From contig NC_086097.1 of assembly GCF_963921235.1 (NCBI RefSeq), positions 251,412,001 to 251,476,000 of the forward strand: 64,000 bases of DNA. The letters run 5' to 3'. Below, in pieces: positions 25,360 to 38,219 of this stretch (positions are counted from its first letter, which is position 1; each line of letters opens with the position of its first letter). The position numbers were made by a program, and so were the translations under genes. This DNA comes from Mobula hypostoma. Its lineage: Eukaryota. The notes beneath the pieces are model-generated. The model saw only the letters and a program-made list of their open reading frames with translations, did not search any database and had not been told where the DNA came from.

Positions 25360-25830
25360 TGTACAGGGTGTCCAGGGAGAAGTAGCACCTCTGGTGAAGG
25401 GGGTTGTTGTGTCCATTCTGGGGCAGCTCACTCACCTTTGGTTCCCACCGGGCACTCAGCTCTCACCTGTGGCTCCAAGTCGTTGTTTGCATGTCACACC
25501 CCGGTACACCGCTTCAACTAGCGAGCTAAACCAGGTGAGGGTAGTTGGAGACCTCACACTCTGGTGAGATAGGGACATACATCCCGACATACGAGGCCAG
25601 CTCCAGCGGACTGGACAGATGAAATCTACAGTCAGATCTTCAACAGCCCGGAAAGTGGATCTGCCACACTTCGGTGAGAGCAAAGAGCATGACAGAGCAC
25701 CAAAACCATCCTGGTCTTCTACTGCAACCTCGGAAGTCCCCAGTTTGTGACACATGTTCATAGGCTCAAGGTCAAGAGAGTGGAACTACCCTAGTGCAAT
25801 GGCTTTTCCACTTTAAAAACTCCCGCATAC
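25360..25830 (+). mobile_element. Older RTE-derived non-autonomous element related to 10735-11302
   Basis: Shared cacctttggt..ggcactcagctctcacctgtggct..gctaaaccaggtgagggtag block. Confidence 0.7.
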
Positions 25831-25909
25831 AGGAGAGATTTCCTACCATATATTTGTATTTATTATTAATATATTAATGTATGTGTGTCTGTATAGGTAT
25901 GTATATGTA

Positions 25910-26180
25910 CAGTGAGTGGCCACTTTATTAGGTACACCTGTACAACTGCTCCTAATGCAAATACCTACCCACCAATCATGTGGCAGCAACTCAATACATA
26001 AAAGCATACAGACATGGTCAAAAGGTTCAGACCAAGCATCAGAATGGGGAAGAAATGTAATCTAAGTGACTTTGGCTGTGGAATAATTGTTAGTGCCAAA
26101 AGACATCCAGTGGGTGGCAGTTCTGTGGGTGAAAAAGCCTTGTTTATGAGAGAGGTCAGAAGGCAATGGCCACAGTGCCA
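25910..26180 (+). mobile_element. Tc1/mariner left-end fragment
   Basis: TA|CAGTGAGTGGCCACTTTATTAGGTACAC TIR followed by an MGKKCNLSDF..GIIV transposase start. Confidence 0.7.
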
Positions 26181-26754
26181 TTCTCCAATTTAAAAAAAAA
26201 ATATATATATAGACACGATTGGGTTTTTTAAGAACCTCTTAGGTAGGTACATGGAGCTTAGAAAAATAGGGGGCTATGCACTAGGGCAATTCTAGGTAGT
26301 TTCTAGAGTAGGTTATGTGGTTGGCACAACATTGTGGGCCGAAGGGCCTGTAATATGCTGTAAAACTCTATGTGCTATGTTCTATATACACTTGTATATA
26401 TACAAGACCATAAGTTATGTCCTATTTCATGCACTGGTGAACCCTAAAATCAATATTCTAGTCCACCGAGAAAGACAGAAACATTGTTAAGATGGAAGAG
26501 AATTTAATACTTATTCACTTGCTTGGTTCTGATTTTATAAGATATAGGAGCAGAATTAGGCTATTTGGCCTATCAAGTCTGCTCTGCCATTTTATCATGG
26601 TTGATCCATTTTCCCTCTCACTCCCAACATCTTGACTTCTCCCCGTCTCCCTTTGGGCCCCGACCAATCAAGAATCTATCAGCTTCTACCATAATTTTGC
26701 CCCATCAGCAGCCTCTGCTTGTGAGCAGTCTCACTACCCACTGCCTTAGCTTGT

Positions 26755-27350
26755 AAACCAACTACCCCATCCTCAGCACTTTCACTCCAGTTTCCATTCC
26801 CCCTGCCAAATCAATTTAAACCCTCCTGAACAATTCTAGCAAACCTGCCCGCAAGGATATTGGTGCCGCTCGGGTTCAAGTGAAACCCATCAGGGACATC
26901 CCTCACCCTAGCAACAGGGAAGCAACATACCATCCACCCACAGAGCGTCGTCTCTGTTCCTCTAACTATGGCATCTGTGATCAGCACTGCAGTTCTCTTC
27001 ACCGTTTTCTCTCTTAAGCCACAGCACCAGACCCAGTGACTGTGGCTCCCCCGGTCGGTTATCCCCCTCAATAGCATGCAAAGTAGCTTGAGGGGAACGA
27101 CCACAGGGGTACTCTGCACTGGCTCCCCATTTCCCTTCCTTCTCCTGACAGTCACCCAGTTACCTGCTTCCTGCAAATTAGGGGTGACTACCTCCCTAAA
27201 GCTCCTGTCTATCATGTTCTCATTCTCCTGTATGAGCTAGAGGTCATCGGGCTGCAGCTCCAGTTCCCTAATACGTTCCCTCAGGAGCTGCACCTGGTGC
27301 AGGTATGTTTATCTGGGACGGGAGGTCCCCCAGACTTCCCACATCCCACA
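26755..27350 (-). mobile_element. CR1 ORF1 (esterase) remnant
   Basis: WVTVRRRKG..DGFHLNPSGTNILAGRF peptide; a similar ORF1/5'UTR remnant lies at 52340-52830. Confidence 0.75.
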
Positions 27351-28509
27351 CACAGAACAAAATACTGCCCTGAAACCTTTCCCAATAATCTACTGTGCTG
27401 TAACAGTTGTTGAATGAACAAGATTATTGTTTGTTTATTATTGTTCTATGCCAAGGTACCGGGAAAAGCTTGTCATGCATACTGTTCCTACAGAATCAAA
27501 TCATTACAACAGTACATTCAGGTTGTAATAGTGCAATCACTCAGGCTGAGTATGATGTTCTGTTAAGGGTTTTTTTTTAGATTAGATTATGAGGACACGC
27601 AGTCCTCTTTTATTGTCATTTAGTAATGCATGCATTAAGAAATGATACAATTTGTTCCTCCAGAATGATACCACAGAAACACAAGACAAACCAAGACTAA
27701 AAAAACTGACAAAAACCACATAATTATAACATATAGTTACAACAGTGCAAAGCAATACCGTAATTTGATGAAGAACAGATCAGTCAACTATTCTGGATTG
27801 GGAGCTGTGCAATGAACCAGAATTGATCAGAGAGCTAAAGATAAAGGAAAGCTGAGGGGTCAGTGATCATAATATGATAGAATTCACCCTGCAATTTGAG
27901 GAGAATCTAAAGTCAGATGTATCAGTATTACAGTGGGGTAAAGGAAGTTACAGAGGTATGAAAGAGGAGCTGGCCAAAGTTGATTGGAAGGGGGCACTAG
28001 CAGGGGTCATCCTGTAGAGCAGCAAAGACTGGAATTTCTGGGAGCAAATTGGAAGGTGCAGTATGTACTGGAAAAAAAGTCTCAAAGTCTCTCGAAAGTC
28101 CCATCATCTCACGCAGACAGTAGAAGGAAGAAACTCCCCCTGCCATGAGCTTCCAGCGCCGCAAACTTGCCGATGCAGCGTCCTGGAAGCACCCGACCAC
28201 AGCCAACTCTGAGTCCGTCCGAAAACTTTGAGCCTCCGACCAGCCTTCTGACACCGAGCACCATCTCTGCCGAGTGCTTCGACCCCGGCCCCGGCAACAG
28301 GCAAAGCCGAGGACTTGGAGCCTTCCCCTCCAGAGATTCTCGATCACACAGTAGCCTTAATGGCAACATCTGCGACTGACATTGTTTAATATGGGGAGGC
28401 TGATGCACGGACAGCCACCACACAGTCCTTGACAGATCGGGGTCAGGCTCCAGTGACATGGAAAGAAAGATGACTGAGGACCCTTCACTGCCATTGTGAT
28501 GTGCCACCA

Positions 28510-30210
28510 GAAGACCATAAGATATAGGAGCAAGATCGGGCCCTTTGGCCCATCGAATCTGCTCCACCATTTCATCATGGCTGATCCAATTTTCCTCTCA
28601 GCCCCAGTTTCGTATCCCTTCTCCCCGTATCTCTTCATACCCCGACCAATACAGAATCTATCAACCTCTGCCTTAAATAGACATAAAGACTTGGCCTCCA
28701 CAGCTGCCTGGTTTACCACTCTCTGGCTAAAAAAGTCCTCCTCATCTCTGTTCTCAGAGGCACCTCTCTATTCTGATCTTAGAACTCACCCACCATAGGA
28801 AACATCCTCTCCACATTGACTCTATCAAGGCCTTTCACCATTCGATAGGTTTCAATGAGGTCACCCCTCATTCTTCTGAATTCTAGTGAATACAGGCCCA
28901 GAGCCATCAAACACTCTTCATATGACAAGCCTTTTAATCGTGGAATCATTTTCATGAACCTCATTTCAATCCTCTCCAGTTTCAGCACATCCTTTCTAAG
29001 ATAAGGGGCCCAAAACTGCTCACAATACTCCAAGTGAAACCTTACCCATACTTTATAAAGTCTGAACATTACATCTTTGCTTTTATATTCTAGTCCTCTT
29101 GAAATGAATGATATCATTGCATTTGTCTTCCTCACCACAGACTCAACCTGCAAATTAACCCTTAGGGGAATCCAGCACAAGGACTCCCAAATCCCTTTGT
29201 ACCTCATTTTGTATTTTCTTTCCATTTAGAAAATAGTTGACCCTTTCATTTCCTCTACCAAAGTGCATGACCATACACTTTCTGTCACTGTATTCCATCT
29301 GCCATTTCTTTGCCCATTCTCCTAATTGATCTAAGTCCTTCTGTAGTTTCTTTACTTCCTCAAAACTAACTGCCCTGCCACCTATCTTCATATCGTGCAC
29401 AAACTTTGCAACAAAGCTGTCAATTCCATCATCCAAATCATTGACATATAACGTAAAAAGAATGGGCCCCAACACAGTCCCCTGTGGAACACCATGAGTC
29501 ACAAGCAGTCAACCAGAAAAGGCTCCCTTTATTCCCACTCTTTACTTCCTGCCAACCAGCCACTACTTTATCAATGCTAAAATCAAATCTGTAATACCAT
29601 GGGCTCGTAGCTTGTTAAGCAGGCTCATGTGCAGTACCTTTCAAAGGCCTTCTGAAAACCCAAATACACAACATCAGCCGATCATCTTAGAAAAGATGTG
29701 CTGGCATTGGAGAGGGTACAGAGGAGGTTCACAAGGATGATTCCAGGAATGAAAGGGTTATCATATGAGGAACGTTTGATGGCTCTGGGTCTGTACTCAC
29801 TGGACTTCAGAAGGATAAGGGGGGATCTCATTGAAACCTTTCGAATGTTGAAAGGCCTAGATAGAGTAGACATGGAAAGGATGTTTCCCATGGTGGGAGA
29901 CTCTAGGACAAGAGGGCACAGCCTCAGGATAGAGGGGCGCCCTTTCAAAACAGAGATGCGGAGAAATTTCTTTGGCCAAATGGTGGCGAATTTGTGGAAT
30001 TTGTTGCCACATGCAGCTGTGGAGGCCAGATTGTTGGGTATATTTAAGGCAGAGGTTGATAGGTTCTTGTTTGGACATGGCATCAAAGATTATGGGGAAA
30101 AGGCTGGGAAATGGGGTTGAGGAGAAGAAAGATAAAAGGATCAGCTATGATTGAATGCAGACTTGATGGGCCAGATGGCCTAATTCTGCTCCTATGTCTT
30201 ATGATCTAAA
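28510..30210. mobile_element. Two opposed CR1 fragments (minus 28510-29680, plus 29682-30210)
   Basis: GVPQGTVLGP RT motif and RGDLIET..TRGHSLRI motifs. Confidence 0.85.
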
Positions 30211-33201
30211 ATGCTGGTGGACGAAACGTCGACTGTACTTTTTTTCCATAGACACTGCCTGGTCTGCCAAGTTCCTCCAGCATTTTGTGTGTGTTGACTC
30301 TATAGATTTATTGAGTGTCCCTGCAAGAAAATTATTCTCAGGGTAGTGTACGATGACATATACGGTATGTATCTTGAAAATAAGTTTGCTTTGAACATTG
30401 AACTTTGATTTCCTTAGCCTCCTGAGGAAGCAGAGGCATTAGTGGGTGTCCTTAGCTGTGACGAGTAGATGGTTGGACCAGAACAGACTATTGGTAATGT
30501 TCACTCCCAAGAACCTGTAGCACTGAGCCCTCTCGACCACAGCACTATTCATGTCGGCAGGAACACGTGCACCGCCCCCTTCCTGAAGTCAATGATCAGC
30601 TCTTTAGTTCTGCTGACAGTGAGCGAAAGGTTGCTGTCAGGGCACAGAGTTGCTTAGATCTCTACTTCCTTCCAGTAGTCCAACTCATCGTTATTTGAGA
30701 AATGGTTCACTGCAGTGGTATCAACTGCAAATTTGTAGGATGACTTAATTTATTAGTTGTAATAAATTAATTTTCCAATTCTTTTTCATTTCACCAGGAA
30801 GTAAATGATTAATAGTTTTAAATGTTTTGTCTTAAATTGAATGAAATTTGAAGAGAGGAACTAATCCACTGATCACACTGTCTATGTAATGCAGTTCAAA
30901 TTTCAAAGTTCAAAGTAACTGTATTACTAAAGTACATCCTGAAATTTGTTTTCTTGTGGGCATTCATGGTAAATACAAAGAAACACAACAAAATCTTGTT
31001 GCACTTTTACAAGTTGTTGGGTATAATATTGTGGCCATTACTGAATTGTAGCTGAAGGATGGTTGTAGTTGGGAGCTGAATGTCCAAGGTTACATATTGT
31101 ATCAAAGGGATAGGAAAGTATGGGTGGCGTGGCTGGTAAAGAATGGAATCAGATCAGTAGAAAGATGTGACATAGGATCAGAAGATGTTGAAACCTTGTG
31201 GGTTGAGTTACAAAACTGCAAGGGTGAAAGGACCTTGATAGCCGCTATATACAGGCCTCCAAAGAGTAGCTGGGATGTGGACTACAGATTACAACAGGAA
31301 ATAGAAATGGCATGTCAAAAGGGCAATGTTATGATAGTCATGGGAGATTCTAACATGCAGGTAGAGTGGGAAAATCTTATTGGTAATGGGTCTCAAGAGA
31401 GTGAATTTGTTGAAAGCTTAAGAGATGGCTTTATAGAGTACTTTGTCGTTGAGCCTACTAGGGGATTAGCTGTACTGGATTGGGTGTTATGTAATGAACC
31501 AGAGGTGATTAGGGAGCTTAAGGTAAAGGAACCCTTAGGAGACAGTGATCACAATATGATTGAGTTCAACTTGAAATCTACTGGGAGAAAGTAAGGTCTG
31601 ACGTAGCAGTATTTCAGTGGAGTAAATGAAATTAAATTAGAATGAGAGACAAGTTGGCCAGAGTAAATTAGAAGAGCTGCTGGTAGGGATGACAGCAGAG
31701 CAGCAATGGTTTGAGTTTCTGGAAAAAATGAGGAAGGTGCAGGATAGATGCGTTCCAAAAACAAAGAAATACTCAAATAACAAAATAGTACAACTGTGGC
31801 TGACAAGGGAAATCAATGCTAATGTAAAAGCAAAAGAGAGGGCAAACAACAAAGCAAAAATTAGTGGGAAGATAGAGGATTGGGAAGCTTTTAGAAACCT
31901 GCAGAAAGCAAATCAAAGAATCATTAGGAGGGAAAAGATGAAATATGAAAGCAAACTAGCAAATAATATCAAGGAGGATAAAAAAAGGTATGTAAAAAAT
32001 AAAAGGGAGCTGAGAGTGGATATAGGACAACTAGAAAATGAGACCGGAGAAATAATAATGGGGGACAAGGAGATGGCAGATAAACTAAATGGGTATTTTG
32101 CATCAGTCTTCACTGTGGAAGACACTAGTAGTATGCCTGATGTTGAAGGGTCTGAGAGAAGAGAAGTGAGTGCAGTTACTATCACAAGGAAGAAGGTACT
32201 CAAAAAGCTGAAAGACCTAAGGGTGCATAAGTCACTCAGACCAGATGAACTGCACCCTAGGGTTCTGAAAGAGGTAGCAGTAGAGATTGTGGAGGCTTTA
32301 GTAATGTTATTTCGAGAATCATTAGACTCTGGCATGATTTTGGAGGACTGGAAAATTGCAAATGTCACTCCACTCTTTAAGGAAGGAGGGAGGCAGCAGA
32401 AAGGAAATTATAGACCAGTTAGCCTGACCTCAGTGGCGGGGAAGATGTTGGAGTCAATTCTTAAGGATGAGGTTAAGGAGTACTTGGTGACACAGGACAA
32501 GATAGGACAAAGTCAGCACGGTTTCTTTAAGGGAACATCTTGCCTGACAAAACTGTTGGAATTCTTTGAGGAGATTACAACTAGATAGATAAAGGGGATG
32601 TAGTTGATGTTGTATAATTGGATTTTTAGAAGGCCCTTGACAAGGTGCCACACGAGGCTGGAGGCTGTGAATGGGAATTAAAGGATCCTTTTCTGGTTGG
32701 TTGCCAGTGACTAGTGGTGTTTTGCAGGGTTCGGTGTTGGAACCACTTCTTTTTATGCTGTATATAAATAATTTCGATGATGGAATAGATGGCTTTGTTG
32801 CCGAGTTTGCAGATGATACGAAGATTGATTGAGGGGCAGGTAGTGTTGAGGAAACAGGAAGGCTGCAGAAGGATTAGGAGAATGTGCAAGAAAGTGGCAA
32901 ATGAAATACAATGTTAGAAAACGTATGGTCATGCACTGGTAGATGAAATACAAGCGTAGGCCATTTTCTAAACAGGGAGAAAATCCAAAACTCTGAAATG
33001 CAAAGGGACGTGGTAAACCTTGTGCAGAACACCCTAAAGGTTAACTTGCAGGTTGAGACAGTGGTGAGGAGGGCAAATGCAATGTTAGCATTCATTTCAA
33101 GTAGTCTCTAATATAAGAGCAGGAATGTGATGCTGAGGCTTTATGAGGGCCTCACCCTGGGTACTGTGAACAGTTTTGGGTTCCTCATCTAAGAAAAGAT
33201 G

Positions 33202-34741
33202 CATGTTCCGTGCCTATTCTGGTAGGAACAATCTATGTTCCGTGCCTATTCTGGTATCTGTCCCCCACTTTTCCTTCGCTACATCGACGACTGCATTGGC
33301 GCTGCTTCCTGTACGCATGCAGAACTCGTTGACTTTATTAACTTTGCCTCCAACTTTCACCCTGCCCTCAAGTTTACCTGGTCCATTTCCGACACCTCCC
33401 TCCCCTTTCTAGATCTTTCTGTCTCTGTCTCTGGAGACAGCTTATCCACTAATGTCTACTATAAGCCTACTGACTCTCACAGCTATCTGGACTATTCCTC
33501 TTCTCACCCTGTCTCTTGCAAAAACGCCATCCCCTTCTCGCAATTCCTCCGTCTCCGCCGCATCTGCTCTCAGGATGAGGCTTTTCATTCTAGGACGAGG
33601 GAGATGTCTTCTTTTTTTAAAGAAAGGGGCTTCCCTTCCTCCACTATCAACTCTGCTCTTAAACGTATCTCCCCCATTTCACGTACATCTGCTCTCACTC
33701 CATCCTCCCACCACCCCACTAGGAATAGGGTTCCCCTGGTCCTCACCTACCACCCCACCAGCCTCCGGGTCCAACATATTATTCTCCGTAACTTCCGCCA
33801 CCTCCAACGGGATCCCACCACTAAGCACATCTTTCCCTCCCCCCCCTCTCTGCATTCCGCAGGGATCGCTTCCTACACAACTCCCTTGTCCATTTGTCCC
33901 CCCCATCCCTCCCCACTGATCTCCCTCCTGGCACTTATCCGTGTAAGCAGAACAAGTGCTACACATGCCCTTACACTTCCTCCCTTAACACCATTCAGGG
34001 CCCCAAACAGTCCTTCCAGGTGAGGCATCACTTCACCTGTGAGTCAACTGGGGTGATATACTGCGTCCGGTGCTCCCGATGTGGCCTTTTATATATTGGT
34101 GAGACCCGACGCAGACTGGGAGACCGCTTTGCTGAACATCTACGCTCTGTCCGCCAGAGAAAGCAGGATCTCCCAGTGGCCACACATTTTAATTCCACAT
34201 CCCATTCCCATTCTGACATGTCTATCCACGGCCTCCTCTACTGTAAAGATGAAGCCACACTCAGGTTGGAGGAACAACACCTTATATTCCGTCTGGGTAG
34301 CCTCCAACCTGATGGCATGAACATCGACTTCTCTAACTTCCGCTAATGCCCCACCTCCCCCTCGTACCCCATCTGTTACTCATTTTTATGCACACATTCT
34401 TTCTCTCACTCTCCTTTTTCTCCCTCTGTCCCTCTGAATATACCTCTTGCCCATCCTCTGGGTCACCCCCCCTCCTTTTCTTTCTTCCCGGACCTCCTGT
34501 CCCATGATCCTCTCGTATCCCCTTTTGCCTATCACCTGTCCAGCTCTCGGCTCTATCCCTCCCCCTCCTGTCTTCTCCAATCATTTTCGATCTCCCCCTC
34601 CCCCTCCAGCTTTCAAATCCCTTACTCACTCTTCCTTCAGTTAGTCCTGACGAAGGGTCTCGGCCTGAAACGTCGACTGCACCTCTTCCTATAGATGCTG
34701 CTTGGCCTGCTGCGTTCACCAGCAACTTTGATGTATGTTGT
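33202..34741 (+). mobile_element. Young 5'-truncated Penelope-like element (RT C-terminus + GIY-YIG endonuclease + pLTR)
   Basis: ORF 33235-34023 with FLRYIDDCIG (RT), frameshift, then GVIYCVRC..LYIGET (GIY-YIG) in 33894-34346; 12-bp TSD taagaaaagatg at 33190-33201 and 34742-34753 inside a CR1. Confidence 0.92.
34643..34678 (+). ncRNA. Minimal type I hammerhead ribozyme motif in a Penelope-like element end
   Basis: AGTC-CTGACGA-AGGGTCTCGGCCT-GAAA-C-GTC-GACT: stem I AGTC/GACT, conserved core, GUC cleavage triplet, palindromic ACGT in place of stem III. Confidence 0.75.
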
Positions 34742-35695
34742 TAAGAAAAGATGTGTTGTCATTGGAGAGGGTTCAGCGGAGGTTCACAAGGATGATTCCG
34801 GGAATGAAAGGGTTATCATATGAGGAACGTTTAATGGCTCTGGGCCTGTACTCGCTGGAATTTAGAAGGATGACGGGTCTGCGTTGGGACCAATTCTTTT
34901 TACATTATATGTTAATAACTTGGATGTCGGAATTGATAGCTTTGTTGCATAGTTTGTGGAAGGTACTATTATAGGTGGAGGGGCGGGTGGTTTTGAGGAA
35001 TTAGAGAGGCCACAGAAGGACTTAGGCAAATTAGGGAAATGGCCAAAGAAGTTTCAGATGGAAGACAGTGTTGGGAAGTGTATGGTCATGCACTTTGGTA
35101 GAAGAAATAAAAGGGAAGACTGTATCCAAAATGGAGAGAAAATTCATAAATCAGAGGTGGCCTTGGGAGTCCTTCTGCAAGATTCCCTAAAGGTTAATTT
35201 GCAGGTTGAGTCTGTCGTGAGGAAGAAAAATGTGTTGTTAGCATTCATTTCAAGAGGACTTGAATATAAAAGCAAAGATGTATTGTTGAGGCTTTATAAA
35301 GCATTGGTGTGGCCTCTTTGGAGTATTGTGAGCAGTTTGGTCCCTTATACTAGAAAAGATGTACTGACACTGGGGAGGATTCAAAAAATGATTCCAGGAT
35401 TGAATGGCTAGTCATATGACGAGTGTTTGATGGCCCTGTGCCTGTATTCACTACAATTCAGAAGAATGAGGGATGACCTCATTGAAACCTATCGAATGTT
35501 GAAAGGCCTTGATAGAGTGAATGTGGAGAGTATGTTTCCTATGGTAGGAGAGTCTTGGACCAGAGGACACAGCCTCAGAATAGAGGGGCTTCATTTTAGA
35601 ACGGAGATGAGGAGGAATTTCTTTAGCCAGAGAGTGGTGGAATTCGTTGCCACAGGTGGCTGTGGAAACCAAGTCTTTATGTATATTTAAGGCAA

Positions 35696-37445
35696 TCACA
35701 TTTCCTTAAATCAGCAGGAGCTCAAGGAATGCAGCTACGATCTGTGCAAAGTCATCAAGACAGTGAAACAACAATACAGGGACAAGATCCAAATATAACT
35801 TTCCACCAACAACACACGCAGCTTATGGCAAGATCTGCACACCATCGCAGACTTCAAAGCTAAATGCAGTGGAGTTTCCAATATCAATGCTTCTCTCCCA
35901 TACGAGCTAAATCTTTTTTACGTTTGATTCAATGTTGCCAACATTAGGCCGCTGAGGAGCCATACAGCTGATGCAAACTGCAGCTTGGTCATCTCTGAGG
36001 CCGAGCTTCGCAATGAGTGGACAGTCGCAAGGCCGTGGGACCGGATGGCATCCCGGGGCAGGTACTCAGGATGTGTGCAGCACGACTGGCAAGTGGGTTT
36101 ACAGACATTTTTAATCTCTCCCTCTCCCAGTGTAGAGTGCCCTCCTGCTTCAAAACATCCACCATTGTCCCTGTACCTAAAAAGACCACAGTAACATGTC
36201 TGAATGACTGACGTCCTGTCGCACTCACCTCAATAATAAGCAAATGTTTTGAGAAGCTGGTGAAGGATTACATTTGCAGCTTGCTACCACCCTACAATTC
36301 GCCTACCGACATAACCGATCGACAGACGACGCAATAGCCACAGCTCTACACATTGTCCTTAGATAGCTGGAGAAGAAGGATGCTTATGTTCTTGGACTAC
36401 AGTTCAGCATTCAACTCCATAATTCCCTCCAGGCTTGACTAGAAGCTCCGAGACCTCAGCCCTCACCCTGCCTTGTGTAGCTGGATCCTGGACTTCCCGT
36501 CAGATCGCCAGCAGGTGGTAAGAGTGGACTCCCTCACCTCTGCCCCTCAACACTGAGCCCCCTCCTTTACTCTCTGTATACCCATGACTGTGTCACCAGC
36601 CACAGTTCCAATCTGTTAATTAAATTTGCTGGTGACACTACACTGACTGGCCTAATCTCAAATGATAATAAGGCAGCCTACAGAGTCATTACCCTAACAC
36701 AGTGGTGTCAAAAAAACAACCTCTCCCTCAATATCGCAGAAACAAAGGAGCTGGTTGTGGACTACAGGAGGAATGGAGACGGGCTAACCCCTATTGACAT
36801 CAATAGATCTGTGGTTTGAGAGGGTGAACGGCACCTAGATCTCACGTGGTCTGTACATACCGGCTGTGGGGTGAAAAAGGCACAACAGCACCTATTTCAC
36901 CTCAGACAGTTGGAGAAGTTTGTTATGGGCTCCAAAATCCTAAGAACTTTCTACAGGAGCACGACTGAGAGCATCCTGACTGGCTGCATCACTGCCTGAT
37001 ATGGGAACTGTACCTCCCTCAATCGCAGGACTCTGCAGAGAGTGGTGCGGACAGCCCAGCGCATCTGTAGAAGTGAACTTCCCACTGTTCAGGACATTTA
37101 TAGAGAAAGGTGCATAAAAAGGGCCCGAAGAATCATTGGGGACCTGAGTCACCCCAACCACAAACTGTTCCAGCTGCTACCATCTGGGAATCAGTACCGC
37201 AGCATAAAAGCCAGGACCAACAGGCTCTGGGACAGCTTCTTCCACCAGGCCATCAGACTGATTAATTCATGCTGACACAACTGTATTTCTATGTTATATT
37301 GACTGTCCTGTTGTACATACTATTTATTCTATATCACTATAAATTGCACATTGCACATTTAGATGGAGACGTAACGTAAAGATTTTTACTCCTCGTGTAT
37401 ATGAAGGATGTAAGTAATACAGTCAATTCAATTCAACTCAGTTCA
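35696..37445 (+). mobile_element. Decayed Rex1/Babar LINE (RT + 3' UTR)
   Basis: [35 protein letters not shown]; (caatt)n tail. Confidence 0.85.
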
Positions 37446-38219
37446 GAGGTTGATAGATTCTTGATTGGTCAGGACGTGAAGGGATAAGGGAGAAGTCAGG
37501 AGACAGGGCTGAGAAGGAAAATGGATCAGCCATGATGAAATGGTGGAACAGACTCAATTGGCCAAATGGCCTAAGTCTGCTCCTGTATCTTATGATGTTA
37601 TGTTCTTCTATACAACCCCGAGATTCATTTTGTTGCAGACATACTCAATAAAACCAATAACTGTAATAGAATCAATGAAACCCTGCACCAACTTAGCCAT
37701 ACAGCCAGTGTGAAAAAGAGAGTAGACTGTGCAAATAGAAAAATAAATAATAAATAAATGAGCAATACATAATTTTCAGACGTCACAAGGATAGGCGTTA
37801 AGGGCAGGTAGTGTTGCGGAAGCAGAGAGGCTGCAGGAGGACTTGGACGGATTAGGAGAATGGGCAAAGTGGCCAATGGAATACAGTGTCGGGAAGTTTA
37901 TGGAGAGAAAACTCAAAAATCTGAGATGCAAAGAGACTTGGGAGGCCTCGTGCAGGATTCACTAAAGGTTAATTTGCTGGTTGAGTCGGTGGTGAGGAAG
38001 GCAAATGCAATGTTAGCATTCATTTTGAGAGCACTAGAATATAAAAGCCAGGACGTAATGTTGAGGCATTATAAGGCACCGGTGAGATCTCACTTACAGA
38101 ATTGTGAGCAGTTTTGGGCCCCTTATCTGAGAAAGGATGTGTTACCATTGGACAGAGCTCAAAGGAAGTTCACAAAAATGTTTCTTGGACTGAAAGTTTA
38201 TCGCGTGAGGAGCATTTGA

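Larger units (their letters stand above)
31000..35695 (+). mobile_element. Long decayed CR1 ORF2 (APE endonuclease + RT) interrupted by a PLE, followed by another CR1 piece
   Basis: IYRPP, GDSDHNMIEF (APE) at 31097-31594; NYRPVSLTS, QHGF at 31689-32588. Confidence 0.85.
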
